Shown: one piece after another, positions 18,017-26,802 of the stretch | Layout of the letters: each line of letters starts with the position of its first letter | Position numbering within the stretch: position 1 is the first letter of the stretch | Position numbers and translations under genes: made by a program | The notes under the pieces: generated by a model | What the model saw: the letters and a program-made list of their open reading frames with translations, nothing else | Databases searched by the model: none | What the model was told of the DNA's origin: nothing | NCBI GenBank assembly: GCA_963850125.1 | Contig: CAWKKB010000001.1 | Coordinates: 101,546-165,545 of the forward strand | DNA length: 64,000 nucleotides | Direction: 5' to 3' | Source: an uncultured delta proteobacterium | Lineage (GTDB): Bacteria > Desulfobacterota > Binatia > Binatales > Binataceae

Positions 18017-19699
18017 CTACTCCGCCAGCAGTCGCTGCTGTGCATCCCATTCGATAGGAACGCCGGCCAGAACCTTGAGGCGCTCGGCTGAGAGGCAGAC
18101 GCCTTGCCGCCCGGCGCAGATAGATTCAACGATTGCTGGAGCGAGCAGGGCTAGCGGCACCATATGACGCACATAGCTGTCGCTCACACCTTCTCGAATG
18201 GCGATCTGACTGGTTGAAGTGGCAGTTCCTGCCGCGAGTTCGCCGAACCACTGGTGACCGCGGGCCAACGCTCGAAGCAAGGCAGGATCGGTCCGAGGTG
18301 TTGCGAGCGCTTCACCCGGGAGCACCAGACGCGTCTCGACGCCACGACGCCTCATCTGCAGAGGGACAAGACGGGTCATCCGAGGATCGGCTCCGCCAAC
18401 GGGGAATCGGTCAACCGGGAGCAGCGCTCGAAGGTTGAGTGTGATCTGCATGGCATCCCGCCTAAGCTCCACTCGGTCGATGAGAGGACCGGTGTCTTCC
18501 GTCGTCTCGATCTGCTCGAACGATTTGACCTTGGCATCTACTGTTTCGATGGCCCGCTTGAGTTCCGCAGCAGCGAAACCAAGAGCCTTGAGGGTCGAGG
18601 CCAGTGCGCCGCGATCCGACACGATCTGTCGTATGCCGGCAACTACGGCTCGTTCCATGCGTTCAGCGGGCAGACGCCACCCGCGGTCATCAGGCTTTGT
18701 GTTCCCCCTGACCAGTCTCTTCGAAACCAAATATCGGTAGCGCCGCTGTCCCTTCTTCGCCCAGCAGGAATAGAGCGGCTCGCCGCTCTCATCGAACAGT
18801 TTGCCCATGAGCAGGCCAGGGCCCTTTCTAACTGTCCGTCCCCGCGGGTGAGCGGCCTTCTGGCTCAGCATCTCCTGAACTCGCAGCCAGGTTGCTCGCT
18901 CAATAATGGCCTCGTGCTGACCCGGGTAGGCAACGGACTTGTGCCGGATCTCGCCCCGATAGATAGGGTTGGCGAGCAGGTGGTAGAGCGCGCCGCGTCC
19001 GAAGGAGAATCCGCCGTGCTGTATGCTTCCCCTTGATAACCACCGCTTAGAGACGATCGACCTGCGGTTCAGTTCCTCTCTGACTTTGCGCAGCGTCTTG
19101 AGCTCAAGATAAAGCCGGAATATCAGGCGCACCGTCTTGGCTTCGCCCTCATTTATTACCAGGCGACGATCGCGCAGATCGTAGCCTAGCGGCGGCGTGC
19201 CGCCCATCCACATTCCCTTCTGCTTGGAGGCCGCGATCTTGTCGCGGATGCGCTCGCCAGTAACCTCGCGTTCGAACTGCGCAAACGAGAGCAGCACGTT
19301 CAGGGTCAATCGGCCCATCGAGGTGGTGGTATTAAATTGCTGGGTGACTGCAACAAACGAAACTCCGTGGGCATCGAAGATCTCCACGATCTTGGCGAAG
19401 TCAGCCAGCGATCGGGTGAGGCGATATACCTTGTAGACGACGACCACGTCGATGCGCTTTTCCTTGATCTGTTCAAGCAAGGCTTTGAGCGCCGGTCGCT
19501 CCATCGTCCCGCCGGAGAAGCCGCCGTCGTCATACGCGGTCTTAATCAGGCGCCAGCCCTCGCCGGCTTGGCTCCTGACGAATGCTTCGCAAGCCTGGCG
19601 TTGCGCATGCAACGAGTTGAAGTTCTGGTCCAGACCTTCCTCTGAGGACTTGCGCGTGTAGATTGCGCAGCGCTTGGGAACGCCGTCACTTCGAGCCAT
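18017..19699 (-). CDS. Large serine recombinase (copy 1; DRLxR motif altered to YRLTR)
   Basis: CAIYTRKS catalytic Ser; QQFNTTTSMGRLTLNVLLSFAQFERE; PLGY recombinase domain. Confidence 0.95.
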   Translation of the reverse strand: MARSDGVPKRCAIYTRKSSEEGLDQNFNSLHAQRQACEAFVRSQAGEGWRLIKTAYDDGGFSGGTMERPALKALLEQIKEKRIDVVVVYKVYRLTRSLADFAKIVEIFDAHGVSFVAVTQQFNTTTSMGRLTLNVLLSFAQFEREVTGERIRDKIAASKQKGMWMGGTPPLGYDLRDRRLVINEGEAKTVRLIFRLYLELKTLRKVREELNRRSIVSKRWLSRGSIQHGGFSFGRGALYHLLANPIYRGEIRHKSVAYPGQHEAIIERATWLRVQEMLSQKAAHPRGRTVRKGPGLLMGKLFDESGEPLYSCWAKKGQRRYRYLVSKRLVRGNTKPDDRGWRLPAERMERAVVAGIRQIVSDRGALASTLKALGFAAAELKRAIETVDAKVKSFEQIETTEDTGPLIDRVELRRDAMQITLNLRALLPVDRFPVGGADPRMTRLVPLQMRRRGVETRLVLPGEALATPRTDPALLRALARGHQWFGELAAGTATSTSQIAIREGVSDSYVRHMVPLALLAPAIVESICAGRQGVCLSAERLKVLAGVPIEWDAQQRLLAE

Positions 19700-20171
19700 G
19701 ACTCGCCTCCTGCGGACGTCTTCCCCGCAGACCGAAGAAGTGCGGCCCGTTCCTGTGCGCGCCGGTGATCAACTGGGCTACTTCAGTCAGCGACCGGTAG
19801 CGCTTTCGTTTGTACAGCACTCCGCGATCCAGCACCCTGACCTCGTGATTGACGCCGTGCCAATCGCGCATCAATACGGTCCCGGCTGAAGCTGCCGAGG
19901 ATGGCTCAGGTTTTAGCGGGCGTCCTGAGAGCGCGTCGGTGGCCAGCCGAATGAGCAGTCTTCGGGTCGATGGCTTGAGTCCCCCGTAAACTTGCTCCTG
20001 AATTCGGTAGGCCACGGCACGGGTCAAAAGCTCGCGACTGATGCGATGTGGTGGATCGGAGTGGTAGAGCGCCTGCCACCGCTGTTTCAGCTCGGCGACC
20101 GAATACGACTTCAGCCTTGCGATCCGCTGTGGGATCGGCTCCGGCGACCTGAAAGATCTCTCGTCCTGCAT
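19686..20171 (-). CDS. DUF2924 domain protein (copy 1)
   Basis: AYRIQEQVYGGL, GTVLMRDWHG, YRSLTEVAQLITG..NGPHFFGL; overlaps the recombinase start. Confidence 0.9.
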   Translation of the reverse strand: MQDERSFRSPEPIPQRIARLKSYSVAELKQRWQALYHSDPPHRISRELLTRAVAYRIQEQVYGGLKPSTRRLLIRLATDALSGRPLKPEPSSAASAGTVLMRDWHGVNHEVRVLDRGVLYKRKRYRSLTEVAQLITGAHRNGPHFFGLRGRRPQEASHGSK

Positions 20172-20206
20172 GTGTGCCTCGCCTCCTCGCGCGGGCAGAC
20201 ACACAC

Positions 20207-20330
20207 ATCGCTCTGGTTGGCACCGGAAGCCAGTCGCGCTGTTCGCGCCTCATTCGCCTTCCCATCGCCTTTGAGGGTACGAGAAAATGTGCGCTTGGCG
20301 CTCGCTTCGTCGCCGCGTCAGAGCAAACAT
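20207..20330. promoter_or_regulatory. Divergent pair of CT(C/G)GCTTC-N10-CAGAGC boxes
   Basis: Minus strand CTGGCTTC-CGGTGCCAAC-CAGAGC (20210-20233); plus strand CTCGCTTC-GTCGCCGCGT-CAGAGC (20301-20324). Confidence 0.6.
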
Positions 20331-20367
20331 CCGATGCCAGCCGATATGGCTGAAGGAGATCGTGAAA

Positions 20368-20607
20368 ATGGAACACGCGAAATTGGTCGGCGCCAAGAAA
20401 ACTGGGGCGCTAAATACCAGGTCTGGGAGAACGCCAGTGAAGAAGGCGGAGGGCAAGCCCAAAGCAGAGAAGCTCATGTGCCGCTACTGCGGGAGTGACG
20501 ATCTCGCTCCGAGCTTCATCAAGCGACGCGATCGCCGCTGCCGGAAGTGTTTCGGCAAACGGTACGGCTCGGCGTCGCGGACCAAGACGACGAAGACCAA
20601 GAAGTAG
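20368..20607 (+). CDS. Small basic CxxC-x16-CxxC (putative zinc-ribbon) protein, copy 1
   Basis: AAGGAG RBS; KLMCRYCGSDDLAPSFIKRRDRRCRKCF core nearly identical in copy 2; terminator follows. Confidence 0.8.
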   Translation: MEHAKLVGAKKTGALNTRSGRTPVKKAEGKPKAEKLMCRYCGSDDLAPSFIKRRDRRCRKCFGKRYGSASRTKTTKTKK

Positions 20608-20624
20608 TGCCGGGAGCTACAGGA

Positions 20625-20661
20625 GGGATCGGGCGCTCAAACGCTCGGTCCCTTTCCTTTT
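20625..20661 (+). terminator. Intrinsic terminator
   Basis: GGGATCGGGCG-loop-CGCTCGGTCCC followed by TTTCCTTTT. Confidence 0.65.
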
Positions 20662-20784
20662 GCGCAATATTCTCGGTCCTCGCGTCGCCATGTCAGAGGC
20701 CGTTCTTGTTTTTCAATTCGCTTCTCTGGACAGGGGACAACTCAGTGTCACAGGGGCTAAAGACCAGCCGGCTCAAAACCCCTG

Positions 20785-21798
20785 CTACGGCTTGGTGGCG
20801 AGGATCAGCGGCGAAGGCAGCGCCGCCGACTTGATGATTTTGAGCGCACCGAAGCCCGCCTCTTTGAGCCACTCGCGATACTCACGCATCGTAAAGGTCG
20901 CGCCGGCCGGCGTGTGCAGCATCATGTTCAAATCGAACAGCATCGGTATTGCGGGGCCGGTTCGCGCGTCGTTCGGGATCAACTCCGCGATGAGGAGCAT
21001 GCCCTTGCTGCGCAGCGCCGCGGCACATCGCGCGATGAGCCGCTTGCCCCATTCGGCGCCCTCGCCATGGATGATGTGGCCGAGGACTACGAGGTCGAAT
21101 TGTTCCGCGCCGAAGTCCACTTCGCGGAAGTCGCCCTCGCGATAATCGAAGCGGTCTGCGACTCCATAGCGCTCTGTATATTGGCGAGCGACCGGAACGA
21201 CCTCCGGCAAATCCACCAGCGTCACGCGCGCGCCGGGGATATCCTGGGCAATTGAAATCGACCATGACGCGGCGCCGCCGCCGACATCGAGGACTTTCCT
21301 GATTCGCTTGCGCGTCTGGGGCGCCATCCCGCGCGCCGCGATTTTTCCGGCGGCGTAACTCTGCGGGAAGATGCTCTTCACCAGCACCGCGAAAAACTCT
21401 CCACGGGATGCTCCGCCCTGGACAGCAGGATGTCCGTCGCGAACGGCCTGCGCCAATTGCTGCCAGCTCGTCGAGAGCATTCTCACAACCTGGTCGATGC
21501 CTTCCATGAACAGGTCGCTCTTGCGGGAAAGGAACGTTCGCGCCGCTGGGCTTAACTCGTATTGCTCTCCGCGACGCGCCAGGTACTTCATCGCGACCAG
21601 AACATCGAGCAGCCGCCGGACCGTGGACGCGTTCGCGCCGGCGCGTGACGCCACCGCGTCGGCGGTTTGCTTGCCTTCATCGATCGCGGTGAAGACGTCA
21701 AGTTCGACCGCCGCCGCGAGCGCTGAGGTTCGCCACGCTGCCCACTGGTCGGCGTAAATCTGCATCGGCGACGGAATTGGGCGTGATTTTGCTGCCAT
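20785..21798 (-). CDS. SAM-dependent O-methyltransferase with dimerisation domain
   Basis: ALAAAVELDVF, VLDVGGG, GDF, HIIH motifs; RBS GGAGGAG. Confidence 0.9.
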   Translation of the reverse strand: MAAKSRPIPSPMQIYADQWAAWRTSALAAAVELDVFTAIDEGKQTADAVASRAGANASTVRRLLDVLVAMKYLARRGEQYELSPAARTFLSRKSDLFMEGIDQVVRMLSTSWQQLAQAVRDGHPAVQGGASRGEFFAVLVKSIFPQSYAAGKIAARGMAPQTRKRIRKVLDVGGGAASWSISIAQDIPGARVTLVDLPEVVPVARQYTERYGVADRFDYREGDFREVDFGAEQFDLVVLGHIIHGEGAEWGKRLIARCAAALRSKGMLLIAELIPNDARTGPAIPMLFDLNMMLHTPAGATFTMREYREWLKEAGFGALKIIKSAALPSPLILATKP

Positions 21799-22329
21799 GG
21801 CTCCTCCGGAGATATTTAAGTCTGTTTCAATTGAGCTGCTTCGACGATCGAAAGACGATACCAGACTCAAAGATAGAGTAAGAAACAGCAGTGGGGTGAG
21901 AGTTGGCCCGTGCCTTAATCAGTCATCCCAAACCAGATTGTGCAGCTGGTTCGGGAACACAGCGCGGAAACTCGCTGAAAGATCTCAGCATCGATGAGCT
22001 ACAGACTCTTGCCAGTTCGCGCAACTATACGATCGACGTCTTATCTGCTGTTCCAGTTCGGAGCTTTAGCTGAACTCCGCAGATGCGCGCGATGCGGACC
22101 GGAGAACAGAATGTGGAGGCGAATGCCGGGCGATAATGTTCGCTGCAGCTCAGCAAGATCGCCTCGAACAGCGGAGAACTTCAAAGGACACGTCGAAAAC
22201 ATCCTCGCATTACAACGTAACAAACCATCGAACCCGTTCGTTCAGTCCTAAATTACGCCTCCTTTGCAGAAGCCCGAAAGGGCGAAGGAAGTAAGACGGT
22301 CATGGCTTCCACGATGAACGAACGGGTGT

Positions 22330-22482
22330 TTGATCAGCACGCCGGCGACAGTCGAGCAGGCCGAAGTCAGTGAAGGTCTGGGGATCGCTCGCTACCGCGC
22401 GTTGGAAGAGTTCCCTAGCCTGGTATTCGGCGTCATGACGATAGCGTACATCGTCATGTCGTTTGCCAAGCTCGCACTCTGA
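22330..22482 (+). CDS. Small membrane protein (probably frameshifted from ATG 22302/22314)
   Basis: LISTPATVEQAEVSEGLGIARYRALEEFPSLVFGVMTIAYIVMSFAKLAL*; its 3' end is repeated at 29798. Confidence 0.4.
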   Translation: MISTPATVEQAEVSEGLGIARYRALEEFPSLVFGVMTIAYIVMSFAKLAL

Positions 22483-22556
22483 TGCGCGGAGACACTAACA
22501 GAGGTAGCCCCAGGCCACCCCGAGGCTCCCGACCAACTCTTTCAATACGAATTAGC
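22454..22556 (+). repeat. About 100-bp imperfect direct repeat, copy A (copy B 29798-29898)
   Basis: GTCGTTTGCCAAGCT.GC.CTCTGATGCG...CTAACA...CTCCC.ACCAACTCTTTCA..ACGAA.TAGC shared. Confidence 0.8.
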
Positions 22557-22601
22557 CGCGAACGGACGAGGCTAATTTTTAGAAGGTGGTCGGTGGGTTG
22601 G

Positions 22602-25600
22602 CTATGCTCCCAGCTGTTCCAGCAGGGCCTTGGCGTCTTTCAGGTCGGCGGTGTCGAAGCCCTCGGTGAACCAGTTGTAGATTTCCGCGAGCATTGCGCG
22701 CGCCTCCTCGCGATGACCTTGCTTCGACAGCAAGCGGGCCATGCTGGTGGTCGCGCGCAGCTCCCACGACTTAGCGTCACGTTTCCGGGAATGTTCGATC
22801 GCCGTCCGAAAACAGAGCTCGGCCTCAGGGGCGTAGGCCGCATCCTGCGCGAGTAATACCTCGCCTTTTATACGATGCAACTCCGGCTCAAATGCGGCTT
22901 CCCCGGTTTCGTTCTCCGCCGTCAATGCCGCTGCTATGAGTCTCACCGCTTCCATAGTCTGTCCCACCTGTCCACACGCTTCGGCCATTGGGCCAAGAGT
23001 CGGACCCGTATTTTTCGCACCTGTGGCCACGGAAGCTTCGGCCCCTACCTTCATGAGCGCGATTCCCTCCGTGACTTCGCCGGACTGCGCGAGCGCTTTG
23101 CCCAACTGGAAGGTGCAGAACGCCTTCCACAGGGCAAATCCGTGTTCGTTTGACAGAGCTAGTCCCTCCTCCGCGAACTTTTTTGCAATCCGCGCCTCTC
23201 GACGAAGGGCATACCCCGCAGCCGCATGATGCAACGCCATAGTAGTACTGCTGTGGTGCCCCCGCTCCTGGGCCAGCAATAGTGTGCGTTTGATCCTTTC
23301 GAGCGCCTGCTCGGGATAGCCGAGCATCCAAAGCGCCCAGGCCGCATAGCCCGAAACGCCGGTTGCAACATCCATCCCATAGATTACCGCGAGATGCCGT
23401 TGGCGCGGAGCATCAAAAAGCGACGCAGACTGCTCGAAATGCGAGTGGGCAAGCGCCAAGTCGCCCGTCCAGAACAGGATTATCCCCATCATTCCGTGAG
23501 CGAACATCCGTTTGGATGAATCATCTGAAGACTGCGCGAGGTCGAGAAGTTGACTCCCTATAGTGTGCGCCGTCTTGAACTGTCCACCAACCATGTAATG
23601 CAGAAACAATCCGCCTTGTGCCCAAAATGTCTGCTGGTCGTCACCCACCCGTTGGCTAAGCTCCATAGCACGCGCGTATGCAGCCTGGGTTTCTGGCGCG
23701 GCATCGCCTTTGGTTTCCATCAGCGAGGGCCCGAGCGCGAATTGCAACGCGAGCTCGTACCGATCGCGTTCAAGCGTTTCCGGCAGTTTCGTAAGCAGAT
23801 CCAATCCCGTGCTCAAGTTGGCGACGGCCTCAACGTAAGCTGCACGCTTGCCCGCCTGCTGGCCCGCCAGATTCAGGTATTCAACGGCCTTATAAGCGTT
23901 GCCGGCGCGTTGATAGTGATGGGCCAATTCGTTGAGGTGATCCTCAAGTCGCTCGGCATAGAGCGACTCCATTGCGCGGGCGGTTCGCTCATGGAGTGAT
24001 CTTTGCCGCTCACTGAGCATCGAGTTCAGCGCTACTTCCTGCGTAAGGGCGTGCTTGAAGCTGTATTCGATGTCATTGGCGCTGAGCTGCTCGAAGATGA
24101 ACTCTCGTTTCTCCAACTCGGTCAGCATCGGACCGAGAGTCTCGTCCGGCTGGGCAGTTACCTCCCGTGCGAGGCTGAGCGGGAACTGCTTGCCGATTAT
24201 CGCAAGCGTCTGCAGGAGCTGCTTCTCGTCCACGGGCAGCCGATCGATACGTGAGGCGAGTATTGCCTGCACGGTCGGCGGGATCCGCAGGTGGGCCGGA
24301 GACGCGGCGGTCTTGATCTCTCCGTCGCGGATCAGCGCGCCCTCTTCGAACAGGGCCTGCACCGTCTCTTCCATAAAGAACGGATTTCCGCCAGCGGTCT
24401 CCAAAATCTGGCGCCGCAATGGCTGCACCTCGCGCGTATCGCCTATCAACGCAGTGAGCATCTCGGCGGCGCTCTCCTGGCCCAGCGGTTCCAGGCGCAA
24501 TTGGGTGTACGACGATTGATTGCCCCATTCGTGCCGGTATTCGGGACGGTAATTAACAAGAAGCAGCACTCTCGCGGCACCGATCGAGTCAGCCAGGAGA
24601 TTGAGCAGAGCCTGCGTCTCGCCATCGATCCAGTGCAGGTCTTCGAAGATGACCATCAGCGGCTGATCGCGAGCTTCGCGCATCATGATGCGCTTAATCG
24701 CATCGAACGTCCTGCGCCGCCACGTCTGCCCATCGGTCTGCGCCAAGGGGTCATCACCTTCGACGATACCCAGGAGGCCGAAGAGGTACGGCAACGCGTC
24801 TTCCAGCGAGCGGTCGAGTGTATAGATTCTGCCGCTTACCTTCTCGCGCCGCCGGCGCGGATCGTCGCTGATCTCAATACCAAAGTAAGAACTCATCAGG
24901 TCGATAAGCGGCGCGTAGGGGTTGGCCTTTCCGTGCGAGACCGAGAATGCTTCCATCACGGTCCAGCCGCGCTGATAGCGAACCTTGAACTCGTAGAACA
25001 GGCGCGACTTGCCGACCCCCGGCTCGGCCACCGCCGCGACGATTTGTCCGTGACCTTGTTTCGCCTGCTCGGCCGCGCTGCTCGTCGCTTGCATCTCGCG
25101 ATCGCGACCCACGAATTTCGTGTAGCCGCGGATGGCGGCGCGCTGAAGCTTAGTGCGAAGTGGTCCGAGACCGGTCACTTCGTACACGTTGACCGTCTCT
25201 GTCACACCCTTGATTTTTGTCGGTCCGAGCGACTTCAGCCCAAAATATCCGTCGACCAGTTTCTGCATCGCTCCAGAAATCGCGATCGATCCGATCGGCG
25301 CCAGAGCCTGCAGACGCGACGCGAGGCTCGCTGAATGACCAATTGGCGTGTATTCAGTGTGCTCATCGTCGGTGCGTATGGTGCGGACCACCACTTCACC
25401 CGTGTTCGCCCCGATGCGAGCCTGGAGCGGGGGTTTGCCCTCGCTTCTCAACCTGGCGGAGTAACGCCTGATGTCCTCCTGCATGCGCAGCGCCGCATGC
25501 AACGCGCGCTGCGGATGGTCTTCGTGAGCAACGGGAGCGCCGAACAGCGCGAAGATTCCGTCGCCCGTCGACTGAACGACGTAGCCGCCGAAACGATGGG

Positions 25601-25976
25601 CTGCGTCGATCATGAGCTTGATTGCGGGATCGAAGATTGCGCCCGCCTCTTCCGGGTCGATGTCTTCCATTAGGTCCATCGAGCCTTTGATATCGGCTGA
25701 GAGGACCGTGACTGTTTTCCGTTCTCCGTCCAGTGAAGTTGGTTCGAGGTCGGAGTTGAGGGCGTCAATAACCGATACTTTGGTGCTCTCGCCGCGGTTC
25801 GAGGGCGGCCCGGCTCCGCGCCCAGTCAGCTGGGTGCCGCATTGAGCGCAGAATCTGCCCCCGGGCGCACTCTCGGCTCCGCACTTCTCGCACCGCCGAT
25901 TTACCAAAGCTCCGCATTGCGAGCAGAACTTCGAGCCCGCAGCGATCTCGGTTCGGCAATTTGAGCAAAGCATCAA
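22602..25976 (-). CDS. Double zinc ribbon + class III nucleotidyl cyclase + STAND NTPase + TPR protein
   Basis: Four N-terminal CxxC; ERKTVTVLSADIKGS, TGDGIFALFG; AEPGVGKS; FEDLHWID; conserved C-terminal cap. Confidence 0.92.
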   Translation of the reverse strand: MMLCSNCRTEIAAGSKFCSQCGALVNRRCEKCGAESAPGGRFCAQCGTQLTGRGAGPPSNRGESTKVSVIDALNSDLEPTSLDGERKTVTVLSADIKGSMDLMEDIDPEEAGAIFDPAIKLMIDAAHRFGGYVVQSTGDGIFALFGAPVAHEDHPQRALHAALRMQEDIRRYSARLRSEGKPPLQARIGANTGEVVVRTIRTDDEHTEYTPIGHSASLASRLQALAPIGSIAISGAMQKLVDGYFGLKSLGPTKIKGVTETVNVYEVTGLGPLRTKLQRAAIRGYTKFVGRDREMQATSSAAEQAKQGHGQIVAAVAEPGVGKSRLFYEFKVRYQRGWTVMEAFSVSHGKANPYAPLIDLMSSYFGIEISDDPRRRREKVSGRIYTLDRSLEDALPYLFGLLGIVEGDDPLAQTDGQTWRRRTFDAIKRIMMREARDQPLMVIFEDLHWIDGETQALLNLLADSIGAARVLLLVNYRPEYRHEWGNQSSYTQLRLEPLGQESAAEMLTALIGDTREVQPLRRQILETAGGNPFFMEETVQALFEEGALIRDGEIKTAASPAHLRIPPTVQAILASRIDRLPVDEKQLLQTLAIIGKQFPLSLAREVTAQPDETLGPMLTELEKREFIFEQLSANDIEYSFKHALTQEVALNSMLSERQRSLHERTARAMESLYAERLEDHLNELAHHYQRAGNAYKAVEYLNLAGQQAGKRAAYVEAVANLSTGLDLLTKLPETLERDRYELALQFALGPSLMETKGDAAPETQAAYARAMELSQRVGDDQQTFWAQGGLFLHYMVGGQFKTAHTIGSQLLDLAQSSDDSSKRMFAHGMMGIILFWTGDLALAHSHFEQSASLFDAPRQRHLAVIYGMDVATGVSGYAAWALWMLGYPEQALERIKRTLLLAQERGHHSSTTMALHHAAAGYALRREARIAKKFAEEGLALSNEHGFALWKAFCTFQLGKALAQSGEVTEGIALMKVGAEASVATGAKNTGPTLGPMAEACGQVGQTMEAVRLIAAALTAENETGEAAFEPELHRIKGEVLLAQDAAYAPEAELCFRTAIEHSRKRDAKSWELRATTSMARLLSKQGHREEARAMLAEIYNWFTEGFDTADLKDAKALLEQLGA

Positions 25977-26042
25977 CCCGTCTCAAAATCAGCTCGTACG
26001 CTCGTAAACCCCTGCGTTGAACTCGAGTCAGCGGAGCGACCC

Positions 26043-26660
26043 TCAATACGGATGACTCGGAAGCTCGAGAACTCCCTCAGCGTGCAGCAGCAGAGGTCCG
26101 GAGGGATTGGCGAAGTTGTCGCTCCATGAGAACCCTCCAGCCGCGCCGCTGAGATGTCCTGTCCCTCCAGTGATCACGCTCGAATCGTGGTTCACGGACG
26201 GCAGTCCGGCCGTGCAGACTGTTGCAGCGCAACAACTGAGTCCTTGAAAGTTGCTGGTCAGAGTGCTCCCGTCTTCGAATTTGTCCTTTTCGGTCCCTAG
26301 CTCAGGAAAACAAAACTCGGTCGGCGTGCCGTCGGAATCGTGCGCACCGTTTGGGCTGGCAGCTCCGATTAGGACTGTGGCATTCAGCGTGGCAGTGAAG
26401 GGCCCCAGGGCAGAGTTCCAGCCCGAAGACTCGGCTCCGAGATTGTAAAACTCACAGCCTGCACCCGTCACAGTGTCGCATCCCGCCGGACCGCCAAAGA
26501 CCAAACTGGTAATGGTTATCTGGCCCACTGCCTCGGTGTGAATCAGGTTCGGGGCGGTCGTTTGTCCGGCGCTAGCAAACGGCATTCGATAACTCCCGAT
26601 CGAAAAAAAGCTGATGGCGACGATCACGACTTGCTGTTTAGTAAATCTCAAGAACCTCAT
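26043..26660 (-). CDS. Hypothetical secreted Cys-containing beta-rich protein
   Basis: Signal-like N-terminus, RBS GGAGG, ITGGTGHLSGAAG motif, six Cys. Confidence 0.65.
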   Translation of the reverse strand: MRFLRFTKQQVVIVAISFFSIGSYRMPFASAGQTTAPNLIHTEAVGQITITSLVFGGPAGCDTVTGAGCEFYNLGAESSGWNSALGPFTATLNATVLIGAASPNGAHDSDGTPTEFCFPELGTEKDKFEDGSTLTSNFQGLSCCAATVCTAGLPSVNHDSSVITGGTGHLSGAAGGFSWSDNFANPSGPLLLHAEGVLELPSHPY

Positions 26661-26745
26661 ATGGTTGCCCCTCCACGGTGTTTTGGGTCCCTCCGAATAG
26701 CTAGTGCACCTTGGAGAACATTAGCCGCGACGGTGCGCGGCGTCA

Positions 26746-26784
26746 TAAAAGGACAATTTAATTCCGCTATAATTACGATTTAAT
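26746..26784. promoter_or_regulatory. TWWAAT boxes phased at 11 bp in a divergent intergenic region
   Basis: TAAAAG 26746, TTTAAT 26757, TATAAT 26768, TTTAAT 26779. Confidence 0.5.
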
Positions 26785-26802
26785 CCTTGCTAACCATGGT
26801 CT

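Noticed and set aside
22200-22300. c-di-GMP-I riboswitch
   Set aside because: CAAACC and a GAAA hairpin are present but not in the GCAAACC-GAAA-GG-ACGCAAA arrangement.
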